Of a stretch of 64,000 nt of DNA, positions 43,317 through 55,122 are shown one piece after another. Source of the DNA: an uncultured Acidimicrobiaceae bacterium (GTDB lineage: Bacteria; Actinomycetota; Acidimicrobiia; Acidimicrobiales; RAAP-2); contig CAVXRB010000026.1 of assembly GCA_963764095.1 (NCBI GenBank), positions 74,302-138,301 of the forward strand, read 5' to 3'. Every line of letters begins with the position of its first letter. Position 1 is the stretch's first letter. The notes below the pieces were generated by a model. That model was not told the origin of the DNA. It made no database searches and saw nothing but the letters and a program-made list of their open reading frames with translations. The translations under genes were made by a program, and so were the position numbers.

Positions 43317-44084
43317 CTAGCGCTTGGCGAGGATGGAGTTGACGCGCTGGGTCGTCGCGAGGAGCTGCGGGACCAGTTCTTCTCGGAGTTCCTTCAGGTT
43401 CGTTCGGCCGACGGGCGTCGAGATATTGATCGCGGCGACCGTTCGGCCCGTGGAATCGCGGATTGGCGCCGCGACCGCGCGCAGACCTATCTCGAGTTCT
43501 TGATCGTTGAGCGCCCAACCGCGCTTGACGACCTTCTCCAGTTCGGTCAGGATGTCGCTCTCGCGGTGCAGCGTGAACTTCGTGAGTGCGACGAGTGGCC
43601 GGCTCCCGAGGTGGCGTCGCTGCTCGGCGACCGGCATCGCCGCCAGCAGCACGCGCCCCGTCGACGTGCAGTACGCCGGCAGTCGGCTCCCGACCGAAAG
43701 AGAGAGCGTCATGATGCGCGACGCCGCGACGCGACTGACGAACACGATGTCCGATCCGTCGAGCACCGAGACCGAGACCGACTCGCGGACCTTGTCACTA
43801 AGGTCCTGGATGAACGGCTCGACGATGTCGCGAAATGGCAGCGACGTGAGGAACGAGTAGCCGATGTCGAGGATCCGCGGCTGCAGGAAGAACTCGCGGC
43901 CGTCGACGCCGACGTAACCGAGGGTCTCGAGCGTGAAGAGCAGACGACGACACGAGGCCCGGCTGTAACCGGTGCGACGCGCGACCTCGCTGAGTGATTG
44001 GCGCGGGCACTCCTCGTTGAAGGACCGAATCACGTCGAGCCCGCGTTCGAGCGACTGCACGAACATGCGATTGCTTTCTTCCAT
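43317..44084 (-). CDS. IclR family regulator (PcaR/PobR type)
   Basis: FVQSLERGLDVIRSF; RLPAYCTSTGRVLLA; DQELEIGLRAVAAP. Confidence 0.92.
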   Translation of the reverse strand: MEESNRMFVQSLERGLDVIRSFNEECPRQSLSEVARRTGYSRASCRRLLFTLETLGYVGVDGREFFLQPRILDIGYSFLTSLPFRDIVEPFIQDLSDKVRESVSVSVLDGSDIVFVSRVAASRIMTLSLSVGSRLPAYCTSTGRVLLAAMPVAEQRRHLGSRPLVALTKFTLHRESDILTELEKVVKRGWALNDQELEIGLRAVAAPIRDSTGRTVAAINISTPVGRTNLKELREELVPQLLATTQRVNSILAKR

Positions 44085-44123
44085 TTCGATCCACCTCCGA
44101 CGCTCTTGGATGCAAGCAGAGCA

Positions 44124-44140
44124 TGTTCGCACATCGAACA
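44124..44140. promoter_or_regulatory. PcaR/PobR-type operator
   Basis: Perfect inverted repeat TGTTCG-CACAT-CGAACA, resembling known PcaR/PobR boxes, about 40 bp upstream of the regulator. Confidence 0.7.
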
Positions 44141-44254
44141 GAGCGAGTCAATTGTGAACGATCGCGTTTTCGCGTCGAACACGGCGCGCGGGGTTTTCGC
44201 GTACACGCCGAGCGCTACTGAGGCTTCGAAAGAGTCGGGGCTGGGATTCGGACT

Positions 44255-44989
44255 CTACGCGGGGACCCTGATACCCAACTTCTTCAAGAACGGCCGCGCG
44301 ATCGCCAACTGCCCATTCGACGGTTTCAGCTTCAAGAACTCCTCGAATTCGGCTTTCGCCACGCGCTGATTGCCGGGCGTTGCGTCGGCGACGATGGCGA
44401 AATAGAGGCGGGGCGCTGACTGTTTCGGAGCGACGGCGATCGCCTTTTCGATCTCTTTTATGCCGACCTTGATGACCGAGATCTTCTTCGCCGCGCTCCC
44501 GGCCGTGAAGTCGAGCCATCCGCTCTGGGTGAGGGCCGTGACGTTCGTTGGATCCAGGACGAGGACCTTGGCGTAGGCACTCAGGGCCGTGGTGTCTTGG
44601 CTGTTCGCGACGTCGACTTCGGCCTGGGTCAACAGTCGGTCGATCAACTGCGTCTGCGTGAGCTTGATGCCGCCGTCACCGGAGTTGCCGGCCTGTCGTG
44701 GCGACGTCGAGGAGAAGAGCGCGTAGAGCAACACCACCGCGAAGCAGACCGCGGCCACGACCAGCCACCGCGCGTGACGCGTGCGATGTCGTGCGCGCGT
44801 CGTATCGACACTCACCATCAGTTCCCCGAGTGCCACGCGAGCGCGTTCGAGCGCTACGCCCTCGCGGCGCTCGATGTCGTCGTACTGCTCCGTGCTGAGT
44901 TCGCCGGCGTTGCGTTCGCGTGATGCGTCGTGCAACGAGGCCTCACGTAGCCGGATCTCGTCGCGTAGTTGCGCTGCGTCGCGGTTCAT
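44255..44989 (-). CDS. TPR-containing membrane protein (CcmI/CycH-like)
   Basis: ERNAGELSTEQYDDI, a TM helix, then TPR repeats (YAKVLVLDPTNVTAL; IEKAIAVAP); last gene of the ccm operon. Confidence 0.75.
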   Translation of the reverse strand: MNRDAAQLRDEIRLREASLHDASRERNAGELSTEQYDDIERREGVALERARVALGELMVSVDTTRARHRTRHARWLVVAAVCFAVVLLYALFSSTSPRQAGNSGDGGIKLTQTQLIDRLLTQAEVDVANSQDTTALSAYAKVLVLDPTNVTALTQSGWLDFTAGSAAKKISVIKVGIKEIEKAIAVAPKQSAPRLYFAIVADATPGNQRVAKAEFEEFLKLKPSNGQLAIARPFLKKLGIRVPA

Positions 44990-45369
44990 CGTCGTCTCGC
45001 CAGTCGCACGCCGGCGATCGCCAACGCCACGACGGCCCCTAGGGGTACGAGCCACAACAACAGGCCGAGGCCGGACGTCGACGGACTGAGCAGGATCGAC
45101 GTGCCGTAGGTCGCCTCCAATGAGGTCAGGATCTTGTTGTCGGACTGGCCCTCTTTGACGCGACGCGCGATGTCGTGGCGCACGGCGATCGACGACGTCG
45201 CGTTGCTCTGGGCGACCGAGAGGTCGTCGCACGCCGGGCACTTCACGAGCGTCTCCAAATGGGCGATACGGCCCTGGGCCGAGGCCGTACTCGGCGCCTC
45301 GAGCAGCGCCACGGCGAGGACGCAGAGGAACGCGACGCACCACAGCCAGAAGGATCGCACGACGCTCAC
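44986..45369 (-). CDS. ccmH: cytochrome c biogenesis protein CcmH
   Basis: LVKCPACDDLSVAQSN...YGTSILLSP...LLLWLVP. Confidence 0.9.
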   Translation of the reverse strand: MSVVRSFWLWCVAFLCVLAVALLEAPSTASAQGRIAHLETLVKCPACDDLSVAQSNATSSIAVRHDIARRVKEGQSDNKILTSLEATYGTSILLSPSTSGLGLLLWLVPLGAVVALAIAGVRLARRR

Positions 45370-45896
45370 GACGCGACCTTCGCCACGACGGCGGCCAGCT
45401 GTTTGGCGTTCGTCGGGCCGAGCAACTGCACCGCGACGCGACCTTGACGGTTGATCACGTACGTCGTCGGTGGTGACGTGACGCCGTAGCTGTTGGCGAT
45501 GACGCCGCCCGGGTCGATGATCGAGGGATAGAGCGAGCCGTAGTGCGCGGCGAAGTTCGTCGCTTGATTCACGGGATCGTTGAAGACGACGCCGACGACG
45601 ACGATGCCGTCGTTGCGCACGCTCCACGAGTACGTCGAGAGCTCCGGGGCCTCTTGGATGCACGGAGCGCACCATGACGCCCAGAAGTTGACGACGACGA
45701 CCTTGCCGCGTTCGCTCTTCAACGAGAACGTGCCGCCGCCGAGTTCGTTTCCCTTCAGCGTCGGCGCGATCTTGCCCAGGAGTGGACTCGGCGCCTCGGT
45801 GGCCGCGCTGATCGGATGACGCGTCGCCAGGAAGGCCGAGAAGGCGATCAGGATCGCGAGGATCCCGAGCGAGATGACCATGACCGTTCGTCTCAC
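45366..45896 (-). CDS. ccmG: thiol:disulfide interchange protein CcmG/TlpA
   Basis: VVVVNFWASWCAPC; N-terminal TM; YGVTSPPTTYVI. Confidence 0.85.
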   Translation of the reverse strand: MRRTVMVISLGILAILIAFSAFLATRHPISAATEAPSPLLGKIAPTLKGNELGGGTFSLKSERGKVVVVNFWASWCAPCIQEAPELSTYSWSVRNDGIVVVGVVFNDPVNQATNFAAHYGSLYPSIIDPGGVIANSYGVTSPPTTYVINRQGRVAVQLLGPTNAKQLAAVVAKVAS

Positions 45897-47860
45897 GCGT
45901 CCACCTCGTCGCCGTGACGTCGTCGAACGAACGACAACGCCGAACCGACCCCGAGCAACAGTCCGCCGATCCAGAGCCACGCGAGCAGCGGCTCGACGGT
46001 GACGCCGAGCACGACCGAACCGGCCGGCAGGTCGCCCTCGACCTGGGCACCCGACGCGGCTCCGTCGCCACCGACGGCATCGAAGGTGACGTAGACGTCG
46101 CGCGCCAGGCTCGAATCGATCGCCGGCGTGCCGACCGGTTGGGCGCTTCGCCCGTGATAGGTCGTGATGGCCGGCAACAGCGCGTGGTGGTTGACGTCGA
46201 CGCGTAGTTCCGTCGCCGTCTCCAGCGAGTCCTTCACCGTGCGAAATCCGTGGAACGTGACGAACTGACCGGAGACCACGGTGCTCTGTCCGGTTGCCAA
46301 CGTCACTTCATTGCGCGTCGTGTACGACGTCGAGGTCACGATCGCGAGCGCCATCACGACGACGCCCAGGTGCACCACCATCCCCCCGGCGCTCGGTCCG
46401 CGCAGCGCGTCGTACCAGCGTTGGTGACGTCGCTTCGACGCGACGAACGCGCCCCGCAACGTGCGCAGTGCCGCGCCCGCCGCGGCGGTCGCGAGAAAGT
46501 ACGCCAACAACACCGTCGGTCGTCGCACGCCGGCGATGATCAGCGCGACGACGACGACGAGCGACGTCCACGCACTGAAACGAATCCGCGACCACAGCAC
46601 GCTCGCGTCGAGCGGTGCGCCAACCGACCAGTGGCGCGAGCGACATCAGTACGAGCAGCACGATGCTCATCGGTACCGCGACCGAGGCGAAGTACGGCGT
46701 GCCGACCGTCACCTGACCACCGTTGACCGCTTCGTAGAGGAGCGGAAAGACCGTCCCGAGCAGGACGACCACGGCGAAGCCGACGAAGAGCACGTTGTTG
46801 GCGATGAACAGGCCCTCTTTGGAGAGTGGATGGTCGACGCCGACGGGCGAGCGCAGGCGATCACCTCGCCACGCGAGCAGTCCCACGCCGAGCGCGACCG
46901 TCACGAAGAAGAACCCGATCAGGAGCGGTCCGAGCGTGCTGGAGGAGAAAGCGTGCACGCTCTGCAAGACGCCCGAACGGGTGAAGAACGTGCCGAGCAC
47001 CGTCAAGGAAAACGTGGCGATCGCCAAGCGACAGGTTCCACACACGAAAGAGACCGCGACGGTCCTGCACGATGACCGAGTGGATGTAGGCCGTTGCCGT
47101 CAGCCACGGCAAGAGCGCGGCGTTCTCGACCGGGTCCCACCCCCAGAAGCCGCCCCAGCCGAGCACCTGATAGCTCCACCACGCCCCGAGCACGATGCCG
47201 ACCGAGAGGACACCCCACGCGAGTACCGTCCAGCGACGCTGTTCGAGCGGCCAGCGGTCGTGCACCCGACCGGTGATGAGCATCGCGATCGCGAAGGCAA
47301 AGGGCACCGTGAACCCGACGAATCCCATGTAGAGCAGCGGCGGGTGGATGGCGACGAGTGGGTTGTCCTGCAACAACGCGTTCGGACCGGCACCCTGCAA
47401 CACCTTGGCCGCGTTGTGGATGAACGGATCGGCCGGACCACACATCAGTCCCAGGAAGAAGGCGCTCACGCCGAAGAGCACGACGGCCGCCCACGAGACA
47501 ACCTGGTCATCGCTGCGACGCCGGTAGTAGTACAGGACGAGCACGATGATGGCGCAGAGCAACAGCGACCAGAGCAGTAACGATCCTTCGAGGGCCGACC
47601 ACATGCCGGTGATCGAATAGAGCAGCGGCGTGAACGTCGCATTGTTCTCCGACACGTAGGCCAACGAGAAGTTGTGCGTGATGAGCGCGAACTGCATCAC
47701 CGCGACGGCGCCCACGATCCCGGTGAGCGACACGAGCGCCCAGCGAATCGACCGCGACGGGCGGCTCGAGCGGAGCGCGAACAGCTGGTGGATGAGACCA
47801 CCGAGGGTGGCGAGGAAGGCGACGTAGAGCGCGGCAGCGCCCGAGCCAGGTCAGCGTCAT
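45893..47860 (-). CDS. ccmF: heme lyase CcmF (frameshifts)
   Basis: WSALEGSLLLW; HPPLLYMG; WWSYQVLGWGGFWGWDPVENAALLPW (WWD domain); TRSGVLQSVHAF. Confidence 0.95.
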
Positions 47861-48339
47861 CGCACGCTGCCGTTAGGCGCCTTCACCCGATTCGGGTGTT
47901 GGGCGATGTACGTCGAGGTGTGCTTCACCAGGATCTGCGTGCCGTCGAACGTCGTCGAGTGAGCGCGTCGTGAAGTGTCCGACGACCACCACGGGGATGT
48001 CGGCCTGGAAGAGCTGCGGCGGCGTTCCGCGACTCTTGACGTAGACCTCGTGCGTGCCGCTGCCGGTTATCCAGAACGAGGCGCCGCATGGCCGTGCGCG
48101 TGATGGTGTGGGGCTTCACGACGCCCTCGAGCCGGATCGTCGTCGTACCGATCTTGGCGCGGCTCGCGATGACCTGGTCGACGGTGTCGAAGTAGTTGAG
48201 CGAGTGCAGGAGTCCTTGGCTGAGCAGCGCCAGGATCGCGACGACGAGCACGACCAGCACGCCGATCGACGCGACGGCGGCTCGAGCTCTTCGCCTTGGG
48301 CGGGGCCACGGGCGTGAGGTCGAGTTCGGTCTCAGTCAA
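47857..48339 (-). CDS. ccmE: heme chaperone CcmE (frameshifts)
   Basis: TM + LNYFDTVDQ...IRLEGVV; C-terminal FDGTQILVKHTSTY (HxxxY heme motif). Confidence 0.88.
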
Positions 48340-48424
48340 GGTGTCGCCCTCGCCACCAGATCGACAGCGCGTAGAGCGCCAGCCCCCCAAAGGCAAAGGA
48401 ATAACCGGCGGTGACGTAGTCCAC
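48332..48424 (-). CDS. putative CcmD-like small membrane peptide (30 aa)
   Basis: MDYVTAGYSFAFGGLALYALSIWWRGRHLD; YV..Y plus a TM helix and basic tail; coupled between ccmC and ccmE. Confidence 0.7.
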   Translation of the reverse strand: MDYVTAGYSFAFGGLALYALSIWWRGRHLD

Positions 48425-49143
48425 TAGTGGACTCCCTCGGCGCGACGTCGATCGAGAGCGACCTCGAGCGTCTCGGTGCTCGAGAGTTCGCGCCGCACTT
48501 CGAGACGGTAGCGCGCGCGCAGCAGCCACACGTAGGCGAGCGAGAAGGCGACGAAGCTGAGTAGCAGTGTCCAGAGCATGCTGCCGTGGACCTTGAACTG
48601 GCGGTTCGGACCGAGCAGTGTCGCACCCTGGTGCAGCGTGTGCCACCACTGGACCGAGAAGTGGTCGATCGGCACGTTGATCGCCGCGATGATCGCGAAG
48701 ACCGCACTGCGACGCGCGCGCAGTTCGAAATCGTCGTTGGCGCGACGAAGCGCGAGGTAGCCGAGCGCGAGCACGCCGAGGATCGCCGTCGAGGTGAGGC
48801 GCGCGTCCCAGGCCCACCAGACGCCCCAGGCCGGCCGTCCCCAGATCGAGCCGGTGATGAGCGTGAGGACGATGAAGACGAGGCTCACCTCCATGGCGCA
48901 GTGCGCCACGCGGTCCATGACGACCGAGCGCGTTCGTCGCCACAGGTACAGCGCGCTGGCGATCGTCGCCGTGCCGAAGGACAGGTAGAGCGCGACCGTG
49001 GCGATCGCCGGGTGCACGTAGAGCAGTCGCGCGAGATTGCCCTGGACCTTGTCCGGCGGGGTGACCCAGATTCCCAACCAAATGGTGAGGGCCATTGTGA
49101 CGATCGTGGCCGGTCCTAGTAGTCGTTGGCTGAGCTGTTTCAT
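48424..49143 (-). CDS. ccmC: heme exporter CcmC
   Basis: LLYVHP; [22 protein letters not shown]; [10 protein letters not shown]. Confidence 0.95.
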   Translation of the reverse strand: MKQLSQRLLGPATIVTMALTIWLGIWVTPPDKVQGNLARLLYVHPAIATVALYLSFGTATIASALYLWRRTRSVVMDRVAHCAMEVSLVFIVLTLITGSIWGRPAWGVWWAWDARLTSTAILGVLALGYLALRRANDDFELRARRSAVFAIIAAINVPIDHFSVQWWHTLHQGATLLGPNRQFKVHGSMLWTLLLSFVAFSLAYVWLLRARYRLEVRRELSSTETLEVALDRRRAEGVH

Positions 49144-49807
49144 CACGATTCCTCGAGAACACCGTAAAGGAGAATCCCGAGTGCCAGGTATACGGCCAGC
49201 GCGACGACCGAGATGACCCACCACTGCAACAGCGCACCGCCGTGCAGCGCCGAGTTGAAGGAGCGCTCACCGGCGATCAGCAGCGGCGCGAAGGCCGGGA
49301 GGCTGAGGACGGGCAACAGCGTCGCCGGCGGCGTTTCCGCCGCTCGTGAGTGCCCCGTAGAGCGTTCCCGGCGCCCGCGATGGCGCCCAGGGTGACCACG
49401 ATGCTCGGAACCGCCTCCAGGGTGCCGTGAAGGGCCGTGTGCAGGACCACGACACTGCCCCGCGAGCAGGACAATCGCGCTCAGCCAGAGCTCGACCGCG
49501 AGGGCCGCGGCCTTGCCCAAGAAGACGCCCGCGGGGTCGAGTCCGAGGGTCGCGACCGAGGCGCGCGTACCGCTCGTGCGCCTCGATCGCGTGGCTGCGA
49601 TTGATCATCAAGAGCGCTACCAGGACGATCACCAGATAGAACAGTCCCGGGGCGGCCGAGCGAGTGTCCGGCCTGGCTCGGACCGAGCGCCAGGCCACAC
49701 AAGAGCAGCGCCATGACGCCGAAGGGGACGACCTGCCAGAGCAGCACGCGACTGCGGCGCTCGACGCGCAGGTCCTTGCCCGCCACGAGCAGCGCCACGC
49801 GGATCAC
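49143..49807 (-). CDS. ccmB: heme exporter permease CcmB (frameshifts)
   Basis: [14 protein letters not shown]; [17 protein letters not shown]; hydrophobic throughout. Confidence 0.85.
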
Positions 49808-50469
49808 GATTCGCCCACGATCCGACCGCCGGCCATCGACGAGGGTGCGCGGGTGCAGTGCGCGCTGCGCAGCGGGTCGTGCGCGCTGACCACGACCGTC
49901 GCGCCGCGCTCGACGACGTCGCCGAGCAGGGCGTCGAAGAACGAGCGGCCCTCGTCATCGAGCGAGGCGTAGGGCTCGTCGAGGAGCCACAGTTCGGGGC
50001 GACGAAGGAGCAGCCAGGCCAGGCCCAGGCGTCGGCGTTGACCCGCGCCGAGAGCCGCTTCGCGACCGTGTCGCGACGCGCCGACGAGTCCACGCGCTCC
50101 AGGACGGTCGCGAGTCTCATCGAGCGGTCGCCCGAGCGCCTTCGCGCGCGAAGGTGAGGTTCTCCTTCACGGTGAGATCGTCGTAGAACGAGCCCTCGTG
50201 GCCGAGCCAACCGACGCGACGACGAAGCTGGCGCCGATCGACCGTCGCGAGATCGAGTCCCAGGACCGACGCCCTCCCCCGCGCTGAGTCCGACCAGACC
50301 GGCCGAGGAGTCGCAAGAGACTGGTCTTGCCGGCGCCGTTCGCGCCGACCGAGACGGTCAACGATGACGGGTGCAGTTCGAGGTCGACGCCACTCAAGCA
50401 GGGGAAAGCCGCTGGCCATCGAGACGGCGTCGCGCAAGTCGTGACCGACGACGCGTCGATCGTGATCAC
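49804..50469 (-). CDS. ccmA: heme exporter ATP-binding protein CcmA (frameshifts)
   Basis: GANGAGKTSLLRLL; GWLGHE..YDDLTVKENL; LWLLDEP in a further frame. Confidence 0.85.
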
Positions 50470-50473
50470 CGGG

Positions 50474-51515
<1,042 letters not shown>

Positions 51516-51541
51516 TCACGGAGCCGTGCCTAGCCTTGAGC

Positions 51542-52575
51542 GTGGCCCGCATCGCCGTCGTCAGCTTTCGTCTCGGTGGTGACCGACGGCGTGGCGATCG
51601 AATCGGCCAAGTGGATCGAGGCCCTCGACACACTCGGTCACCGCGTTCACACGGTCGCCGGCGAGGGCGACGCCGACGACATTGATGCCGAGTCTCGCGA
51701 TCGACGCGCACGCGACCGACTTCGGCTCCAGGAGTTGGAAAAGGCGCTCGCCGGCGCCGACCTCGTCGATCGTCGAGAACCTCGCGTCGTTGCCGCTCAA
51801 CCTCGACGCGCGCGACGTCCTTTACGACGTGTTGAGGGACGCCCGGCGCTCTTTCATCACCACGACCTCGCCGTGGCAACGCCCGCACCTCGCCCACCTC
51901 GAAGGACCTCGCACCGGCCCGCTGTGGCGCCACGTCACGATCAACGAACTCTCGCGACTCGAACTCCTCGAACGCGGCATCGACGGCCGTGACCATGATG
52001 AACTCGCTTCGACTGCGATCCGCCCGGGGACGACGTGACGCGACGCGACTCAGCCCTCGACGTCGACGCGCCGGCTGGTCCTGATGCCGTCGCGGGCACT
52101 TCCGCGCAAGAACGTCGAGGGTGCGCTCGCGCTGTGCGAAGCGCTGGACGCGGTCTTCTGGCTCCTCGGACCGGCCGAGGACGGTTACGGAGCGACGCTG
52201 GAGCAGTTGCTCCACTCCGCGCAGGTCGACGTGCGGCGCGGGCTACCCGACGGCGCCGACGTCGCACGACGCGTACGCCGCGTCGCGACCTCGTCGTCAT
52301 GCCCTCGACCTGGGAAGGCTTCGGCAATCCGGTGATCGAATCGGTGACGCACCGACGACCGCTCGCGCGCTCTACCCCTATCCCGTGGCGTGCGAGATCA
52401 GCGACTACGGATTTCGGTTCTTCGACCTCGGGGAGTCGTAGCGCTCAAGTCGTTCCTCAAAAATCCTGACTACGAGCTCTACGCGCACAATCTCTCGATC
52501 GCGTTGGAACACTTCAACATCGCGAATTTGCCAGCGCGACTGAGCGACCTCTTGCATTCAATGGGCGTCCAATAG
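51542..52575 (+). CDS. glycosyltransferase family 4-like protein (multiple frameshifts)
   Basis: IAVVSFRLGG.DGVAIESAKW; PSRALPRKNVE; MPSTWEGFGNPVIE. Confidence 0.8.
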
Positions 52576-52596
52576 GGCCAACTAGCCTCTAGACGT

Positions 52597-53283
52597 ATGG
52601 TGATCCAAGACGACCGACCGCGACACGCCGAGCGCAGAGAACAGCTAGTTGAGCGTCGCCAAGACGCTCTTCGCGGAACGGGGATTCCAGTCGACGACGA
52701 TGGACGACATCGCGCGCGAGGCCGGATTCACCAAGCCGATCCTGTACCAGTACTTCGATTCGAAGACCGATCTCTACCGCGAGATCGTCGCCCAACTCGC
52801 TGAGACGCTGCTGGCCTCGCTCAAGGTCGCGGTCAACGCCGCCGAGACGCCGCGCGCGAAGATCGAAGTGGCCTTTCGTGTCTACTTCGAGATGGTCGTG
52901 AGTGAGACCGACGCATTCCGCATCCTCTTCATCCATTCGCACGAAGGCGACACCGCGAAAGAACTGCGCGCGTTGGAGCTCGGACTGATCTCGTTCATGT
53001 TTCCGTTCTTCGACCCTCGATGAGCGAAGACCACCGTCGCCAACTGGCGGGCGGAGTCGTCGGCATCGCCGAGGGCGCCGCCATCATCTGGCTAGAGCAA
53101 CAAGAGTCGAAGGGTTGGCCGCCACCGGCCACCGGTGCTGCCGAACGACTGGCGGAGCGAAGTGCCACCCTGGCCTGGGGTGGACTGCGCACCGTCCATC
53201 AGGACTCGCGATGCTGTCGTCGTCCACGACTGAAGAGAAGGCCTGAGCGAGTTCCCACAACTGTTGCGCGCAGTGCGTCATAG
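52597..53283 (+). CDS. TetR/AcrR family regulator (frameshifts; 3' end approximate)
   Basis: LFAERGFQSTTMDDIAREAGFTKPILYQYFDSKTDL. Confidence 0.88.
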
Positions 53284-53747
53284 ATGGCCTGATCGCCACC
53301 GGCCGGATCGGCTACGTCAAATTCGATCGATGGTTCGTGTGGCCCTGCGACACGCAACTTCATCGCAAAATCGGCGCCTGACGGTGCGAACCGAATAAAC
53401 TGCGCGAGCTGCACCGCCTTGTCCGCGTTTATCGAGAAGTGCGTTCGCACGAACTTCACGTTGTCCGCCTCGGCCGCCAGAATCACGTCCGCCCACTCAC
53501 AGTCGGCGCAGCTGAGCTGGTGGCTGCGGTGCGCACCGTAGCGATGGTCACCGAGTTCATCGATTTTCATCAGCGCGTCGCGCGTTCGACCACTCATCGC
53601 GGAACCCTCGGTCACGTGCGTTCCGGCCGTTCGGATACTCCATTCGACGTCCGTTGATTCGTCAAGCGTCGTAAGCATGTACCCGAGCATTACGGAGCGA
53701 GCGACGTTCCCCGTGCAGAGTGTGACGATGTTGAGAGGCGTCGTCAT
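53199..53747 (-). CDS. low-molecular-weight protein-tyrosine phosphatase-like protein
   Basis: P-loop LCTGNVARS; TAGT; WADVIL; DVADP. Confidence 0.8.
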   Translation of the reverse strand: MTTPLNIVTLCTGNVARSVMLGYMLTTLDESTDVEWSIRTAGTHVTEGSAMSGRTRDALMKIDELGDHRYGAHRSHQLSCADCEWADVILAAEADNVKFVRTHFSINADKAVQLAQFIRFAPSGADFAMKLRVAGPHEPSIEFDVADPAGGDQAIYDALRATVVGTRSGLLFSRGRRQHRES

Positions 53748-53836
53748 CGTTTAATGCGGAGATCGCTGTTGACAAGGACGCGTGAACGTTCGAATGGCCG
53801 CTCTGACGCAAACGTTGACGACCGCGCACGCACCAC

Positions 53837-54004
53837 TCATCGATGCTTAAGGAACGCCAGATAGAACGCCACGAACACCAGGACGATACCGATGTTGGCG
53901 ATCAACCTTTCCAGCGTGTGGTGCCGAAAGAACAGGACATCAACACCGACCACGACAACGACTATCGCGAGCACGTACAGGACCACAGTTGTTTTTGTTG
54001 CCAC
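53837..54004 (-). CDS. small two-TM membrane protein (55 aa, not in ORF track)
   Basis: Manual translation MATKTTVVLYVLAIVVVVVGVDVLFFRHHTLERLIANIGIVLVFVAFYLAFLKHR*; TAGGAT hexamer 6 nt before the GTG. Confidence 0.75.
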   Translation of the reverse strand: MATKTTVVLYVLAIVVVVVGVDVLFFRHHTLERLIANIGIVLVFVAFYLAFLKHR

Positions 54005-54176
54005 CGCACAATCCTATTGAGACATCCAAGTCGAGTTCGAGTACGTCACGGACCTTCGGAGCGTCGTAATAGTCCGATCACGAGACACAACCTCGACGGT
54101 CATCAACCGAAACAATATTGATGGCGACAATCGTCGTTGGAGTTATGTCCGCTGTTGAAGTACAAGGGGGACGTTG

Positions 54177-54996
54177 ATGTGGTCGAAGCATGAACTGAAG
54201 CGAGTCGCTCCTCTTCTGGCGTTGGCAATCCTGACATCGTCACTCGTGTTTGCAGTGCCCGCACAGTCCGCCGTCTCCGGAGCACTGAAGGTAACGGAGA
54301 GACTGTCGAGCATTGATCCTTCGACCTCGACGACGATCCACATCACCGCGTGTTGGGCGAACGCCCAGCACGGCGATGCGATTGAGCTCGACGAACAGTC
54401 GTCTTCAACTCTGTTGTGGAGAGACGTGAGTCACAAGACGATTGGGACCGCCAAAGGCTGCACGGTTTGGGCACGAACGTCGGGAGCGATTGGAAACTAC
54501 CCGTATCGAGCGGAAGTCCGCCGGGACACTCGATCTTGAAAGTGAGTTCTGCGACTCTCGAGCGAACGTTCGGTACCATCTCGGCGGCGTCATTTTTCGT
54601 TACCGAATTTGGCTGTCAAGGCAGCGGCACGGTCTCCACCGGCGCGCAGTCCTATGCCTATTTCTGTTCGCTGAACGCTGGGCCGCAATCTCAGTCGGAC
54701 TATGTAACGTTCCCGCGCTCAACCACGTGCCGTTCGCTGACTCTGAGCATGGTCGCGACGGGTAATGCGAAGGGCAATCCCGCCGACCACGCGGCGGTCG
54801 TCGTCGAAGTACAGCAAGACAACGCCGTCCAACCCGCAATCTTACGGACAACGAACTCGACAATTTCACGTATCACTTGGATGGTCACGCCGCGGCGCTC
54901 AACATTTGGGACAACCAGGCCAACAGTGATGGGGACGCTGTCTACTTTCTCAACGCTGGCTCTACGGCGGTCTGTTCCTCACGCACCGGAGTCTGA
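54177..54996 (+). CDS. secreted hypothetical protein, Cys-containing beta-rich (frameshifts)
   Basis: Signal peptide ...LALAILTSSLVFAVPAQSA; coding continues across three frames to ...NAGSTAVCSSRTGV*. Confidence 0.6.
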
Positions 54997-55122
54997 GCTC
55001 GTAACGGATCGCTAAAGAGCGGATCGCTCCAGATCGGTGCTAATCAAACGACAACGGCATTGATCAGCGCGAGGAGTACGGTTCGTTCAACAGATTCGTG
55101 TGGCTCATCCAAAGGGAATCCA

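Noticed and set aside
53843-54121. His/Asp-rich plus-strand ORF
   Set aside because: Shadow of the hydrophobic 55-aa minus-strand gene
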